From a virus (taxonomy: Duplodnaviria > Caudoviricetes), in IMG/VR virus record IMGVR_UViG_3300044984_002141, positions 1 to 55,390 of that record: 55,390 nt of DNA. One strand, written 5' to 3'. The notes beneath the pieces are model-generated. The model saw only the letters and a program-made list of their open reading frames with translations, searched no databases and had not been told where the DNA came from. A program made the translations under genes and the position numbers. This document shows, piece by piece, positions 39,249 to 50,025 of the stretch (the stretch's first letter is position 1; the number at the start of each line of letters is the position of its first letter).

Positions 39249-39461
39249 ATGGCTAGTTATATTCATGAGCAGACGGTACCCGCAAGTACTTGGACAGTAT
39301 CGCATAACTTAGGTACTAAGTACGTAAACATTGAGGTTGTTGTTTCGTATCTTAATCATTATGAAACAATTCTACCAAAAAGTGTAGTTAGCTTGAATAA
39401 TAATAATTTACAAGTTATTTTTAGTAGATCTTTCACTGGTTCAGTAAGGGTTAATAATTAA
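39249..39461 (+). CDS. Small structural protein (single WxVxHNL module)
   Basis: HEQTVPASTWTVSHNLG. Confidence 0.7.
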   Translation: MASYIHEQTVPASTWTVSHNLGTKYVNIEVVVSYLNHYETILPKSVVSLNNNNLQVIFSRSFTGSVRVNN

Positions 39462-39463
39462 TT

Positions 39464-40579
39464 ATGACACAACAAAATATGCCTGTTGCTGTTACCGGTC
39501 GATGCATTATTACAGATGATTTAGGTAATATTGTATTAGATAAAGAGAACGCAATTCATTCAAAAAACATGTCGCGAATATTTGCACGCGCATTATCTAA
39601 TGAATCTAATTACTTTATAAATCGTATTGCGTTTGGTAACGGTGGCACGAACGTCGACGCATCACACAATGTTAATTTTAATAAACCACATGATGGTAAT
39701 AGACCACATGATGCAAGTGGATTTAAATCAAGATTATATAATGAAACGTATTCTGAAATCGTTAATGAGAACGGTAATTTCATTGGAACCGGACCTGGCA
39801 CGTCAGCACAGAACGATCCAGCGAGTACACCAAATAGCTTAAGTGGGCCTGGCGTAGTTAGTGTTGAAGTTGGGCAATACTCGCAGGTTCAAGTTACCTG
39901 TGTATTAAATAGATACGAACCATCAGGTGAATATATAACCAGTATTGGTAACGGCACCGAGAATGCTGATGGTAGTTTTGCATTTGACGAGATTGGATTG
40001 TTTACTGGTGGTGTTGCACAAGATATACCAACTAACGGGTTTCAAACTGTTACGATAAGTACTCCAAATCTATTTGTTGCAACAGGTATAGTAATTGGAA
40101 AAACATATAATTTACCAATTGAAGTTAATGGTGTCGTAATACCATACAAGTTTGTAGCGCAAAATGTATCATCTATTGCAAAAGAGAATTATATTAAGTT
40201 TAATGATTTGATTAATCAGTTAAACAGTGATCCTACTATACCAGATTTATATTTTTCAATGAACAACGGTAGTTCAAATAACGCATATTATGGATACCTT
40301 AAAGTAACAAGTAGGACAACTGGGCTAAAATCAACAGTGCGTATTATACCAGCTAGTGTAGATCCAGATTGGTTATTTAATAAGGTTGCATTATTTGTAG
40401 GTATAAATGATCCGGTAGATGGTAGCGATGCGGGCGTGCAAAATATGGCAGATTCACCTGAACGTGAACTATCTCGTATGCTAACTCATCTGATATTTGA
40501 CCCTATTACTAAACCTGCTGATAGAGTTTATATCATTAAGTATATTATTAACATTAACGTACCCCCAACTATCAAATGA
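39464..40579 (+). CDS. Structural protein, complete NAxH / FDEIGL / LTH module
   Basis: ITDD.G...LDK.NAIH..NM, IAFGNGG, FAFDEIGL, RMLTHLIFDPITKPA. Confidence 0.65.
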   Translation: MTQQNMPVAVTGRCIITDDLGNIVLDKENAIHSKNMSRIFARALSNESNYFINRIAFGNGGTNVDASHNVNFNKPHDGNRPHDASGFKSRLYNETYSEIVNENGNFIGTGPGTSAQNDPASTPNSLSGPGVVSVEVGQYSQVQVTCVLNRYEPSGEYITSIGNGTENADGSFAFDEIGLFTGGVAQDIPTNGFQTVTISTPNLFVATGIVIGKTYNLPIEVNGVVIPYKFVAQNVSSIAKENYIKFNDLINQLNSDPTIPDLYFSMNNGSSNNAYYGYLKVTSRTTGLKSTVRIIPASVDPDWLFNKVALFVGINDPVDGSDAGVQNMADSPERELSRMLTHLIFDPITKPADRVYIIKYIININVPPTIK

Positions 40580-42618
40580 TTGCTCAATTACCAGTTACTA
40601 TTACAGGGCATTGTCAGATAACTGATGACCTTGGGCATGTTTTGTTAAATCAAACCAATGCAATTCACCCGCAGAATATGGCGAGAGTAATATCACGAGC
40701 ACTGTCACGAGAAGATAATTGCTGGATAGATAGGATTGCGTTTGGTAATGGTGGAACATACCGTACCAGAGTAAGCGGTGTGGATATCATTAACTATAAA
40801 ACGCCTAACGATGGCATTCAAGATGGTCAAGAATGGCAGTCTACTTTATATAATGAGACGTACTCTGAGAATGTTGATACTGCACCTGGCACGGGTGCAG
40901 GTAGTGCAGAACCTATCGTTACAATTGGTACTAGTGGGCTAATGTTAAATAAGCCAATATCAAATGAGCCAATATCTACAGATAACTCAACATCAGGTAT
41001 AGGTTGTGTTAGCTTAGATAAAGATCGAATCTCACAGGTAGTTGTTGCGTGCACATTAACTAAAAATGATGTTGTCAGTCAGTTACCAGTTGATTATGAT
41101 CCACGCTACGATCAAACAACTAGATATTCAATTCCTGCTGGTGAAGCTTTTGTATTTGATGAGATTGGGTTATATACAAGTGGAGCTCCAATAGTTGCTA
41201 CTAGTGGTACACAGGAGATACAGCTTAACAATAAGCGATTAACAGATCATTGTATATCTGCAGGAACATATTATTTTACATTAGTAATTGATGGTGTCAC
41301 TAGCACGATTAAATTAAAGATAAGCGATTCAACATTTCAGCAATTAGTAGATACTTTGACAGTTCGATTAGCTGCATATGGTGCAAAAGTAACAATGAGT
41401 GATGAAGCGTCAGCTATAATAAAACCAACATATGGCAATATGGTGTTTAGCTGTCTTAGCTCTGGTAATACATCTAATATTAATGTACTGATTCAATCAC
41501 GTGCAGACTGGTTATTTGCACACATGGCAGGATTTGTTAAGATCTTAAAACCGGTACAGGGTATTAACGCTGCTAATAAAAATAATCCATTTGTTAGTGA
41601 GCGTGAAGCAACTAGACTACTCACACATATAGTATTCTCACCAATACTTAAGGCTGCAAACAGAACATTTAATGTTAAGTATACATTATCAGTATTTGTA
41701 AATCGTACAAGCACATTACCTATAGTTAGTGCAATTGAACCGTACCATTATAATACAAACACGACAATGTTGCAGCATATTATTACTATAATTGATGATA
41801 CTGGACATACTATATATTCACACGTGTTTGATATTGAAGATTCGGATGCCGTATTATTTTTTAATAATGCTACAGTAGTTGGTGATGTTTGGAGTATCGG
41901 TGGGGTTGCTGTAAATAATGTGTTTGTTGCAAATAGTAAAAACTTCAAGCCTGTGTTACCTACAGCTTATACTGCAAGCTTAAACAAAGCAAGTATTGAA
42001 GCTGGTAACACCCTTAACAGTGTGTTAGACACCAATGTTCAATCACAATTTGATATTACGTATATTACAGATGCGAGTGAAATGAGCATTAATAGCTTAT
42101 CGGTTTTTTCAAACGGAAAATTACCTAACGCGCTAAATGGTAGTCAAACTATATTATTAACTCCTACTACTGTGTTAAGTAATACTGGGTTAGTTGCAAA
42201 TCATCTATATCAATTTAATATTACTATAGATGGTGGTGAACCACAAAATGTAGTTATTGATACTGCTCAGCATACGATAACTACTTATTATATGTTAACC
42301 ACACTATTAAATAATAGTTTAAATGATATTGGTGCAACAGTATCATATAATGGACACTTATTATTTGAAAGTCTTAATGCTGGTGTTGAATCATCTATAA
42401 TTATAGATGACTCTACAGATGAAGATTGGTTATTTTCAAATTTAGCGCAATATAGTAGTACAGCTAATCCCATTCCTGGTGGAACGGTTTGGGATCCAAA
42501 TAGCACTCATTACTTAACTAACGATCCAAGACTATTAATATCATCCAATTTTGCTGATATTAATAAACCGGCTAACAAGCAGTACACTATTAAACAAACA
42601 ATCAAGGTATTGAAATGA
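40576..42618 (+). CDS. Structural protein, one intact plus one degenerate copy of the module
   Basis: First copy ends RLLTHIVFSPILKAA; second begins IITIIDDTG and ends PRLLISSNFADINKPA. Confidence 0.65.
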   Translation: MIAQLPVTITGHCQITDDLGHVLLNQTNAIHPQNMARVISRALSREDNCWIDRIAFGNGGTYRTRVSGVDIINYKTPNDGIQDGQEWQSTLYNETYSENVDTAPGTGAGSAEPIVTIGTSGLMLNKPISNEPISTDNSTSGIGCVSLDKDRISQVVVACTLTKNDVVSQLPVDYDPRYDQTTRYSIPAGEAFVFDEIGLYTSGAPIVATSGTQEIQLNNKRLTDHCISAGTYYFTLVIDGVTSTIKLKISDSTFQQLVDTLTVRLAAYGAKVTMSDEASAIIKPTYGNMVFSCLSSGNTSNINVLIQSRADWLFAHMAGFVKILKPVQGINAANKNNPFVSEREATRLLTHIVFSPILKAANRTFNVKYTLSVFVNRTSTLPIVSAIEPYHYNTNTTMLQHIITIIDDTGHTIYSHVFDIEDSDAVLFFNNATVVGDVWSIGGVAVNNVFVANSKNFKPVLPTAYTASLNKASIEAGNTLNSVLDTNVQSQFDITYITDASEMSINSLSVFSNGKLPNALNGSQTILLTPTTVLSNTGLVANHLYQFNITIDGGEPQNVVIDTAQHTITTYYMLTTLLNNSLNDIGATVSYNGHLLFESLNAGVESSIIIDDSTDEDWLFSNLAQYSSTANPIPGGTVWDPNSTHYLTNDPRLLISSNFADINKPANKQYTIKQTIKVLK

Positions 42619-42959
42619 TAGAGTTAGAGTATGCTACATATCTTGTTACATTTAATAATAAAATATCAAGTGATCTTACTAACTTACCTGATGGTATATA
42701 CAAGTTTTCAATAATAGTAAATGGAGTTTCATCTGATATTATATTAAACTGTATTGGAATAGTAACATTTAATGATTTAGCTAGGCTGTTAGATTATCAT
42801 ATGAGACGATACGGTATTAAGGTATGGCTTGTCGATAATGGTTTACATTTTAGTGGGTTAAAACCCGCTACACAAACAATTAATGTGCCTGAATACTTGG
42901 TAGGTGATGCAGATTGGTTATGGGCAAATATATCTGGCTATGTACCAGTAGGTGTGTAA
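42615..42959 (+). CDS. Stand-alone copy of the module's insertion domain
   Basis: GIYKFSIIVNG, TFNDLARLL, DWLW match the inserts of the neighbouring genes. Confidence 0.55.
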   Translation: MIELEYATYLVTFNNKISSDLTNLPDGIYKFSIIVNGVSSDIILNCIGIVTFNDLARLLDYHMRRYGIKVWLVDNGLHFSGLKPATQTINVPEYLVGDADWLWANISGYVPVGV

Positions 42960-42960
42960 C

Positions 42961-43776
42961 ATGAGCGCTTTAGAGATTCACGGAAGATGTATTATTACTG
43001 ATGAAAGTGGTAATATTATTTTAGATAAGACCAATGCAGTACATCCACAAAATATGGCGCGGGTAATTGCTCGAGGGTTAGCACACGAATCTAGCTATTG
43101 GGTAAACTCTATTGCGTTTGGAGATGGTGGTACAACTAAAGTTAATAATGTTAGAGTGCATAAGACCCCTAATGATGGTATTGCACCTGATATGACGGGT
43201 TGGTTATCTACATTATACCATGAGACTTACCGTGAGGTTGTAGATGATCACACTAGTGGAATGGTTGGTATTGGTAATTATGCTGATACGTCCTTAAATC
43301 CACCTGGTTTTGAACATGATATTAATTCATCAGGTGTAGTTAGTTTAGATGATGGGTTTAAATCTAGGGTTGTAGTTAACTGCTCGTTAAACTACAATGA
43401 ACCTGTTACTATTAACGGTAACTCAATAAAAACACAGCAAGAAACCGGGGTTGGATTTACTTTTGATGAGATTGCGCTGTATAGTGGAATATCAAAAAGT
43501 TTATGGGGTGGTTATGAATTCGTAGACGTTAGTTTAGAGTGTGATGAATTAGACACCGGTTTGGATGTAAACAGTACCTATGTTTTTGATATATTAATTG
43601 GCTCAGTAATAAGGCATTATAGTATAACTACTCCAGCAACCGGCACTGGTACAAATGGAGCGATATCGTATTATGATTTACTTAACTTATTAAATGTTGA
43701 ATTAGTAGATCAAGTCGTGGTGGATATGGTGGATATTTCGCCAAACTTAATAACTCCAAGAAAGCTTAACAAATAA
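42961..43776 (+). CDS. Structural protein, N-terminal half of the module only
   Basis: ATG 42961; has NAVHPQNM, IAFGDGG, FTFDEIAL but no LTH C-terminus. Confidence 0.65.
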   Translation: MSALEIHGRCIITDESGNIILDKTNAVHPQNMARVIARGLAHESSYWVNSIAFGDGGTTKVNNVRVHKTPNDGIAPDMTGWLSTLYHETYREVVDDHTSGMVGIGNYADTSLNPPGFEHDINSSGVVSLDDGFKSRVVVNCSLNYNEPVTINGNSIKTQQETGVGFTFDEIALYSGISKSLWGGYEFVDVSLECDELDTGLDVNSTYVFDILIGSVIRHYSITTPATGTGTNGAISYYDLLNLLNVELVDQVVVDMVDISPNLITPRKLNK

Positions 43777-43796
43777 CCACATGCTTACAGCATTCA

Positions 43797-43804
43797 TATA
43801 AATA
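43797..43804 (+). promoter_or_regulatory. T4-type late promoter TATAAATA
   Basis: Perfect consensus at the head of the six-paralogue cassette. Confidence 0.7.
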
Positions 43805-43836
43805 CACATTATTATAAACACTAGGTATCACATACA

Positions 43837-45078
43837 ATGTTCATAAAATACACATATAAAGGGATAACAAACGTCACTCAGGTGCAGCTGATTGTAGATG
43901 ATATCAGACGGCTAGTTACTGCTAATACAACTTCGCACTCGGATGCGGTGGACAAACAGCAGCAACTTATTGATATCTTAAACACCAGTACTATAGCTGA
44001 TGTTGATTTGGCGCAGGAACCTGATAATGCAACTATTAATACTGCGTTTGGTGGTGGGAGTAGTTCAGGTTCTTGCATTGTTTGTTGTTCAGCAGACTCA
44101 AAATGGTACCCGGAAGCCGCCATACCGCAGACCGTAGCAAACATTCAAACTTTTCAAATATATAGTGGACTTAATACATATAAAAAAGTACTCACTATTT
44201 CAAATACTGCTGTATCAAACATACAATCTGCTACTACTAACACCGTGTCTGATTCTTATCAGTTGAGTAGTATTAAAATAAGCGCTTCGTGGACTACGGA
44301 TGCCGGGGTAGTTATTCCAGCTCCTGGCACGGCCACAGCTGATGCAACTAAGTTTCCGTTACCTAAGATCTATCAAAATGGTGGAACATTATATATTGCC
44401 GCCACTACACATTACTTTTTTATTGCTAGTGTTGATAAAAGTAAAAAGCAGTTTACGCCGGGGCTGGGTGTTGCTGATTTTGCACCATATGCAATTGCTC
44501 CAATTTTAAATGTTCGTGCTACAGATACATATTACGCTACTCAAGATTATCCAACATGGGTATTCATGTCAATGAATGGCTATACTAATATTTCAACCTG
44601 TTTGAGATATAACATTAATACTCAACTAAATCAGACAAATAAAATGCCTCCTGATTTAGTTGAGTCAAATTATTTGCAAGTAAAAAGTCCGTATGTAACT
44701 GATATTAGAAAGACATCGATTGGTATGCCGGCACTCACACTTAACGCAAATTTAAATAAAGCTTTGCTTTGTGCGAGACTAGAGGTACATAACAATTTTT
44801 CTGTTGATAAACCATCAGACCCCACACCATCTACATCGCATTATGATATTGGTGGTGATATTTCTATGATTGCTCCAATATTTTTAACAGCAAATGGTCG
44901 TGCGCTTGATATGTTGGATGTATTGCGCCCTGTAGATGATATTCTACCTGAGCTATGGTCGTTATCAGCTGATGATCAAGTATTATATAAATCTTATTAT
45001 GGAACATTTATGGTATGGGGTTCAAGAGTGGGTGCGTTGGGATCACCTGGTGTTAAATATGTAGTGAGAATGGGGTAA
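43837..45078 (+). CDS. Cassette paralogue 1 (unknown, likely virion)
   Basis: MFIKYTY, IVDDIRRLVT, GGTLYIAA, GGDIS, YVVRMG. Confidence 0.6.
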   Translation: MFIKYTYKGITNVTQVQLIVDDIRRLVTANTTSHSDAVDKQQQLIDILNTSTIADVDLAQEPDNATINTAFGGGSSSGSCIVCCSADSKWYPEAAIPQTVANIQTFQIYSGLNTYKKVLTISNTAVSNIQSATTNTVSDSYQLSSIKISASWTTDAGVVIPAPGTATADATKFPLPKIYQNGGTLYIAATTHYFFIASVDKSKKQFTPGLGVADFAPYAIAPILNVRATDTYYATQDYPTWVFMSMNGYTNISTCLRYNINTQLNQTNKMPPDLVESNYLQVKSPYVTDIRKTSIGMPALTLNANLNKALLCARLEVHNNFSVDKPSDPTPSTSHYDIGGDISMIAPIFLTANGRALDMLDVLRPVDDILPELWSLSADDQVLYKSYYGTFMVWGSRVGALGSPGVKYVVRMG

Positions 45079-45081
45079 TTT

Positions 45082-46425
45082 ATGTATATTGAATATATAG
45101 TTAAGTCGGAAAATGATCCTATATCGTTACCAAACAATTCACCTATAACTGACCCTACAGTTAAGATGGCAATGCTATCTAATAGATGTAAGGCTATTTT
45201 TAGTGATATTGTTAATATTTTAACGGTTCAAGATTATAGTGGTGCATCTATTGACACTCTTAGTAAAATGTGTGATTTGGATAAATCAGAGTTTGTTCAA
45301 GATCACGGCACATTTAAATCATTTTTGACCCCGTTAGAACCAAATACAGATTATATTGCATATACTGACTCTGCGGCTTCAAAAGCCCCACAATCTGCAC
45401 AACCATTTAAATCTGTTGATGGTGTTGAAAATTTATATCAAGCAAACACATCATTTGCTGCATGTGGTACATACTTAGAATTCAATGCTGCATCAACCCC
45501 CGAGGTGCCTGAAGCATTTAGATATTTGTTTGTATCTGTGCGGGCATCTGTAACTATATCAGGTACACGCCCTGAATATGCAGTATATATGTGTGCTGCT
45601 AATGATCAAAGTGAGTTTAACAGTACTAATTTACTTGGTGGTTTTGGACTTAAAAAAACAGCATTTACGTATAAAGGTATTCCAAATCAAATGCCATTAG
45701 AGTTTGGGCAAAGAGAGGGTTCCATATACGAAACCGGTAATTATGCACTAATATTTTCAATGTCGTCACCAGTTGATAACGGTGGACACGTATTAGTAAT
45801 GCCAAAAACTATTGTACCTGCAACTACTCAAGCTGATGGTAGTTTTACGTATACTAGTTACAACATGATGAGCTCAACATTCTTTATGACTCGTTATGAT
45901 CCAATTGATTATTGGTATGATACGACTAACGAGCGTGTAGTTGGTATGACACCATGGGCAGTTATGAGTATTTCACCAGGTGGACCAAATACAAATGCAG
46001 CTGTTGGTGGTCAAAGTTTAAATATATTTAATACGAGTACTCAATTAGTTATTGATTCTACTACTAGTTCAAAAGATTTATGTTTGTTGAAGTTTGCAGG
46101 TAGTTCTGCCACGTTAGGTACTCCGTACTACGCATATTTCAATAATAAAGTTTCAGATCGGGTTAAAGCGGAAGCAATTAACTTAATAGGTATTAACGTT
46201 ATGCCGGTATCACCACAGGTGGTATTAATGGGCAAAGTATCTAGTGTATCTGGTATATATTATGTGGGTGGTCAAAATTTGGCATACGGTGATATTATTT
46301 CTGCAGTAAACGCAAACAATACTTTTGTAAACTATATTGTTTTGCCATCTCGTTCGTTAGTACCAACCAACGCGACACCAATTGATGATGATGATAAGTT
46401 AAAAATAGCTGTACCACTTGTATAA
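45082..46425 (+). CDS. Cassette paralogue 2
   Basis: MYIEYIV, IFSDIVNILT, GKVSSVSGIY. Confidence 0.6.
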   Translation: MYIEYIVKSENDPISLPNNSPITDPTVKMAMLSNRCKAIFSDIVNILTVQDYSGASIDTLSKMCDLDKSEFVQDHGTFKSFLTPLEPNTDYIAYTDSAASKAPQSAQPFKSVDGVENLYQANTSFAACGTYLEFNAASTPEVPEAFRYLFVSVRASVTISGTRPEYAVYMCAANDQSEFNSTNLLGGFGLKKTAFTYKGIPNQMPLEFGQREGSIYETGNYALIFSMSSPVDNGGHVLVMPKTIVPATTQADGSFTYTSYNMMSSTFFMTRYDPIDYWYDTTNERVVGMTPWAVMSISPGGPNTNAAVGGQSLNIFNTSTQLVIDSTTSSKDLCLLKFAGSSATLGTPYYAYFNNKVSDRVKAEAINLIGINVMPVSPQVVLMGKVSSVSGIYYVGGQNLAYGDIISAVNANNTFVNYIVLPSRSLVPTNATPIDDDDKLKIAVPLV

Positions 46426-46438
46426 TTGGTAATATTTT

Positions 46439-47584
46439 ATGTATATACGTTATGCATACTTACCACTATCTAAGGTACAGTCGGAAGCGGAAGCTCAGGT
46501 TGCGGCAATATTAAGTGATATTCAATCACTATTGTTTTGGCAGCCTGATCTTAATTTATCTAGTGCGACGTATTTGCAACAATTGCAGGATAATGGTATT
46601 ATTATATCAAATGCATTTGATCCATTAAAATCGCAAGTAGCTGTTACTCGTTTAGCAGACTGGGCGACAACACCAGATACTATAGATACTAATACCGCAA
46701 TTCACATTGTAAATAATTCACAGTTTGCAACTACGCAGTCAAATGTTATATTATCTACTGGACCGGTAACCGCGCGATCTGCACAAAGTATATCTACAAC
46801 TGCTGCGTGCACATTAAATTTTAAAGCATATGAGCAAGTAGTTGCAGCAGATGGTGTAACTATAATAAACAATTACGCAAGTGGTTGGAATGATCCACGA
46901 TTTAAGCAGCCGATAATATTCTGTAAGGGCGGCTACTTGTTTATTTCTGCAAGTAGTAGTCAACTACTAATCGCAGGCATGAATAGGCGTACAAATAGAT
47001 GGGTACCTGGTATTGGTGTAATGCAATTCCAGCCAGTAGATCAATCATACCATGATGTTCGTACATACCCTATGTGGTGCTACATGTCTATGGCTGCATT
47101 AGATTGTATTTCAGTAGCTCGTAAGTTCGACATAGCAACTAATAGTGATGTTGCAAATACATCAGCGAGCACAGATGTAGTTATTAATCGTATGCAGATA
47201 AAAGGACCGTATGTTACAGATAGGTATAATTTACAGCCTATAAAAAACACAGCTGTACCACAATACACGTATAATGCAGACCTTGTACGTGGGCGAAATG
47301 TTGGGCGATTAAAGTTTCACCGGAGGGCGGATATATCACCAACATATGATGCAGGTGGGGATATATCATCGTGGAGTGGGGTGTATATGGTTAGCGTTGG
47401 TAATAATATGGATACAATTGATTTACTATTACCTGTACACAGTGTAGCTTCAAGTTACACTACTACGGATATTCATGATCCTAATTATGCGTACGTAGAT
47501 TACTATGGTAAATATATATTATGGGCTAGTGATATATCAACAGCGGTAAAATCTAACACTAAATTTTTAATTAAGATGGGATGA
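46439..47584 (+). CDS. Cassette paralogue 3
   Basis: MYIRYAY, ILSDIQSLL, GGYLFISA, GGDIS, FLIKMG. Confidence 0.6.
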   Translation: MYIRYAYLPLSKVQSEAEAQVAAILSDIQSLLFWQPDLNLSSATYLQQLQDNGIIISNAFDPLKSQVAVTRLADWATTPDTIDTNTAIHIVNNSQFATTQSNVILSTGPVTARSAQSISTTAACTLNFKAYEQVVAADGVTIINNYASGWNDPRFKQPIIFCKGGYLFISASSSQLLIAGMNRRTNRWVPGIGVMQFQPVDQSYHDVRTYPMWCYMSMAALDCISVARKFDIATNSDVANTSASTDVVINRMQIKGPYVTDRYNLQPIKNTAVPQYTYNADLVRGRNVGRLKFHRRADISPTYDAGGDISSWSGVYMVSVGNNMDTIDLLLPVHSVASSYTTTDIHDPNYAYVDYYGKYILWASDISTAVKSNTKFLIKMG

Positions 47585-47585
47585 T

Positions 47586-48710
47586 ATGCTATTTGAATAT
47601 AGTTTAGCTAGAAATGATATATTGATACCAGCTACCAGAGCGTCGCGGCAATTTGTGTGTGCATCGATACTACAAGATTTAATTTTAATGTTGACGGTTA
47701 ATGATTTTACATCACTTACTACGTTTGCATTTAGTCGGTATCATGATGCGGTTAACTCATCATATATTGGTAACGATGATTACGGTCCCATGAGTAATAC
47801 TATTTTCAGTAAGTATACAAATATATCCAATCTTATTAACACTAACCTAAGTGTGACCGATTGCTCTAGTGGTATGATGTTAGTATGTACAACTGAAGGT
47901 AATGATCGGAAAGGTTACTTATATGTGCAAGTAGCTATTGTCTCGGTAACGGGTCCTGCTCAAATAGAAGTTACTATGTCTCTACTAAGCACGCCAACCA
48001 AGCCGCTTACATTACCACTTAGTAGAACTGCAACTATTAAGATAATAAATGATAACGGTTCATACATTATTACAAATAACGCTATAATACTATCCATGTC
48101 AACTAGCCATTTAATGTTATGTTGTAAGAATTATATTACGTATAATGATCCAATGGAGGGTCCGGTACCGGGCGCGTACTATCAAAGTGGTTGTGTGATT
48201 GGCGCATATAAGATATCTAATTTTTGGAAGACTGATTATAGAGTTACAAATAAGCTCAATTATATTTTTATTAAATTAGGCTTTAAAGCACCTACTAATG
48301 CTGATCCAATCGGTCAATCACTAGAAGTATTTGATCCAGTAACTAAAGCGATAGCAACAGTTGATGTTAATCCAATGTATAATAGCTTTATATGGCGTGC
48401 TCATATAAATTTAAATGTAGCATCTATTGTATCAACACCTGATATGATTTCGGATGGTGCTAGAAATAAGTCAGACTGGATGTATCCATTACGGTTAATT
48501 AGCTTAAGATCTACTGAGTACATTCATTTAGAGCTATCAAAATTATTGTTTGCGAGCGGGCAAATAGGATACGCTGGTGATGTTGTTATAGATGATACTC
48601 GGAAACAATATTCGGTTTTTCCTGTAAACAGCACAACGGGGCAACCAATACTATATTCTGCAGATTCTAATACTGCAGCCTATCCTAAAATACTACTACC
48701 GATGTATTAA
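47586..48710 (+). CDS. Cassette paralogue 4
   Basis: MLFEYSL, ILQDLILMLT, ILSMSTSHL, GDVV. Confidence 0.6.
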   Translation: MLFEYSLARNDILIPATRASRQFVCASILQDLILMLTVNDFTSLTTFAFSRYHDAVNSSYIGNDDYGPMSNTIFSKYTNISNLINTNLSVTDCSSGMMLVCTTEGNDRKGYLYVQVAIVSVTGPAQIEVTMSLLSTPTKPLTLPLSRTATIKIINDNGSYIITNNAIILSMSTSHLMLCCKNYITYNDPMEGPVPGAYYQSGCVIGAYKISNFWKTDYRVTNKLNYIFIKLGFKAPTNADPIGQSLEVFDPVTKAIATVDVNPMYNSFIWRAHINLNVASIVSTPDMISDGARNKSDWMYPLRLISLRSTEYIHLELSKLLFASGQIGYAGDVVIDDTRKQYSVFPVNSTTGQPILYSADSNTAAYPKILLPMY

Positions 48711-48711
48711 T

Positions 48712-50025
48712 ATGTATATTGAATATTCGTATAACTCTGTAATACCTGATAATACACAGTATGCACAGTATTTAGATCCAGTAGGTGAGGATGAGGCTAC
48801 CATCACTGAAGCTAAACTATTGATAGTAAATGATATTTTTGAATTATTAACGAATTCGACTCCCAACCTTTCTAGATTTTGTGCAGGATATAGTATTGAA
48901 GGTAGTACAACTATTGGTTGGACGCCCGCAGGTGGAGATTCAAGTGATTCAGTGATGGGTAATAGCGCGATGACTATTGCTTCTATGAGCTCATCTACTT
49001 ATTCAAAAATAGTTACAATATCTACTGTGGATGACAAGACTCCGATAAACCAAGGTTTTGCGATGGTAAGCACGCCAATTATTAATGACCTTGGAGCTCT
49101 ACAGAATATACCGGTTGGCATACTATCAGAGCAGTATGCGAATACTACTGCTATGCAATTACGATTTATTGTAGCAGACGGAGTTAATAACCGTACAATT
49201 ACACAGTCGACGATCGATTATTGTGAATTTTATGCTAACGGAGGTACTATTTTTATTAGTGCCGCTAACACACATTTAATTGTTAGTAGTATGAGTAATT
49301 CAGTAATTGTATCTGAAACATCTGAGACGGTGTCAATTAAATCTACATTTGGTGTTTCGGATTATGATTCGATGGATCCAGAGATTGGAAGTGCCAATTT
49401 AGCACAATTTGTTTACTTTAACTCGACTTCGTTTGGGCAAATCATTGCACATGGTGGTGGATCCACCGGTTACGTGTACCCTGCTGGGGTATTTGATAGT
49501 AGCCTAGGTAGCGGTACGTTAGATGATATGGAGCCACCACCCTTTGTAAAAACAGCAAAAGGTTTGACAATGAGTGTTCGGTACCAATCAGCTATACACG
49601 ATAATAACCTGCACACGTATAATAGTGATTTAGTTGAGACTAAGTATGCAGCACCAGTTATAGTTGATTACGATCAAACAGTGCTTGGGGTTGGAGGTCA
49701 AACTGTTCAAGCTGCGTTCACAGGATTAACAGGAATATATGGACCTGATGGTACAATGTATTCATTCGGTGTAATGACGCCACCAGGTAGCGTGATACTG
49801 CGTAATGATCCGTATATACGGTATTTAATAGGTATACCATCTGAAGTAACTAATTACAAATTATTAGGTGGTAGTATATCTGAGAAATGTGGTTTATATA
49901 TATTACCAAGTATCCACGCTGGTATTGAAGCCTATCAAACTCTTGTATATAATGGTAAGAAATATGTTACTTGGCCGCACACGTTTACCAACTCTTATGC
50001 AAATATTATGATAGAGGTTAAATAA
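48712..50025 (+). CDS. Cassette paralogue 5
   Basis: MYIEYSY, IVNDIFELLT, GGTIFISA, GGSISEKCGLY. Confidence 0.6.
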   Translation: MYIEYSYNSVIPDNTQYAQYLDPVGEDEATITEAKLLIVNDIFELLTNSTPNLSRFCAGYSIEGSTTIGWTPAGGDSSDSVMGNSAMTIASMSSSTYSKIVTISTVDDKTPINQGFAMVSTPIINDLGALQNIPVGILSEQYANTTAMQLRFIVADGVNNRTITQSTIDYCEFYANGGTIFISAANTHLIVSSMSNSVIVSETSETVSIKSTFGVSDYDSMDPEIGSANLAQFVYFNSTSFGQIIAHGGGSTGYVYPAGVFDSSLGSGTLDDMEPPPFVKTAKGLTMSVRYQSAIHDNNLHTYNSDLVETKYAAPVIVDYDQTVLGVGGQTVQAAFTGLTGIYGPDGTMYSFGVMTPPGSVILRNDPYIRYLIGIPSEVTNYKLLGGSISEKCGLYILPSIHAGIEAYQTLVYNGKKYVTWPHTFTNSYANIMIEVK

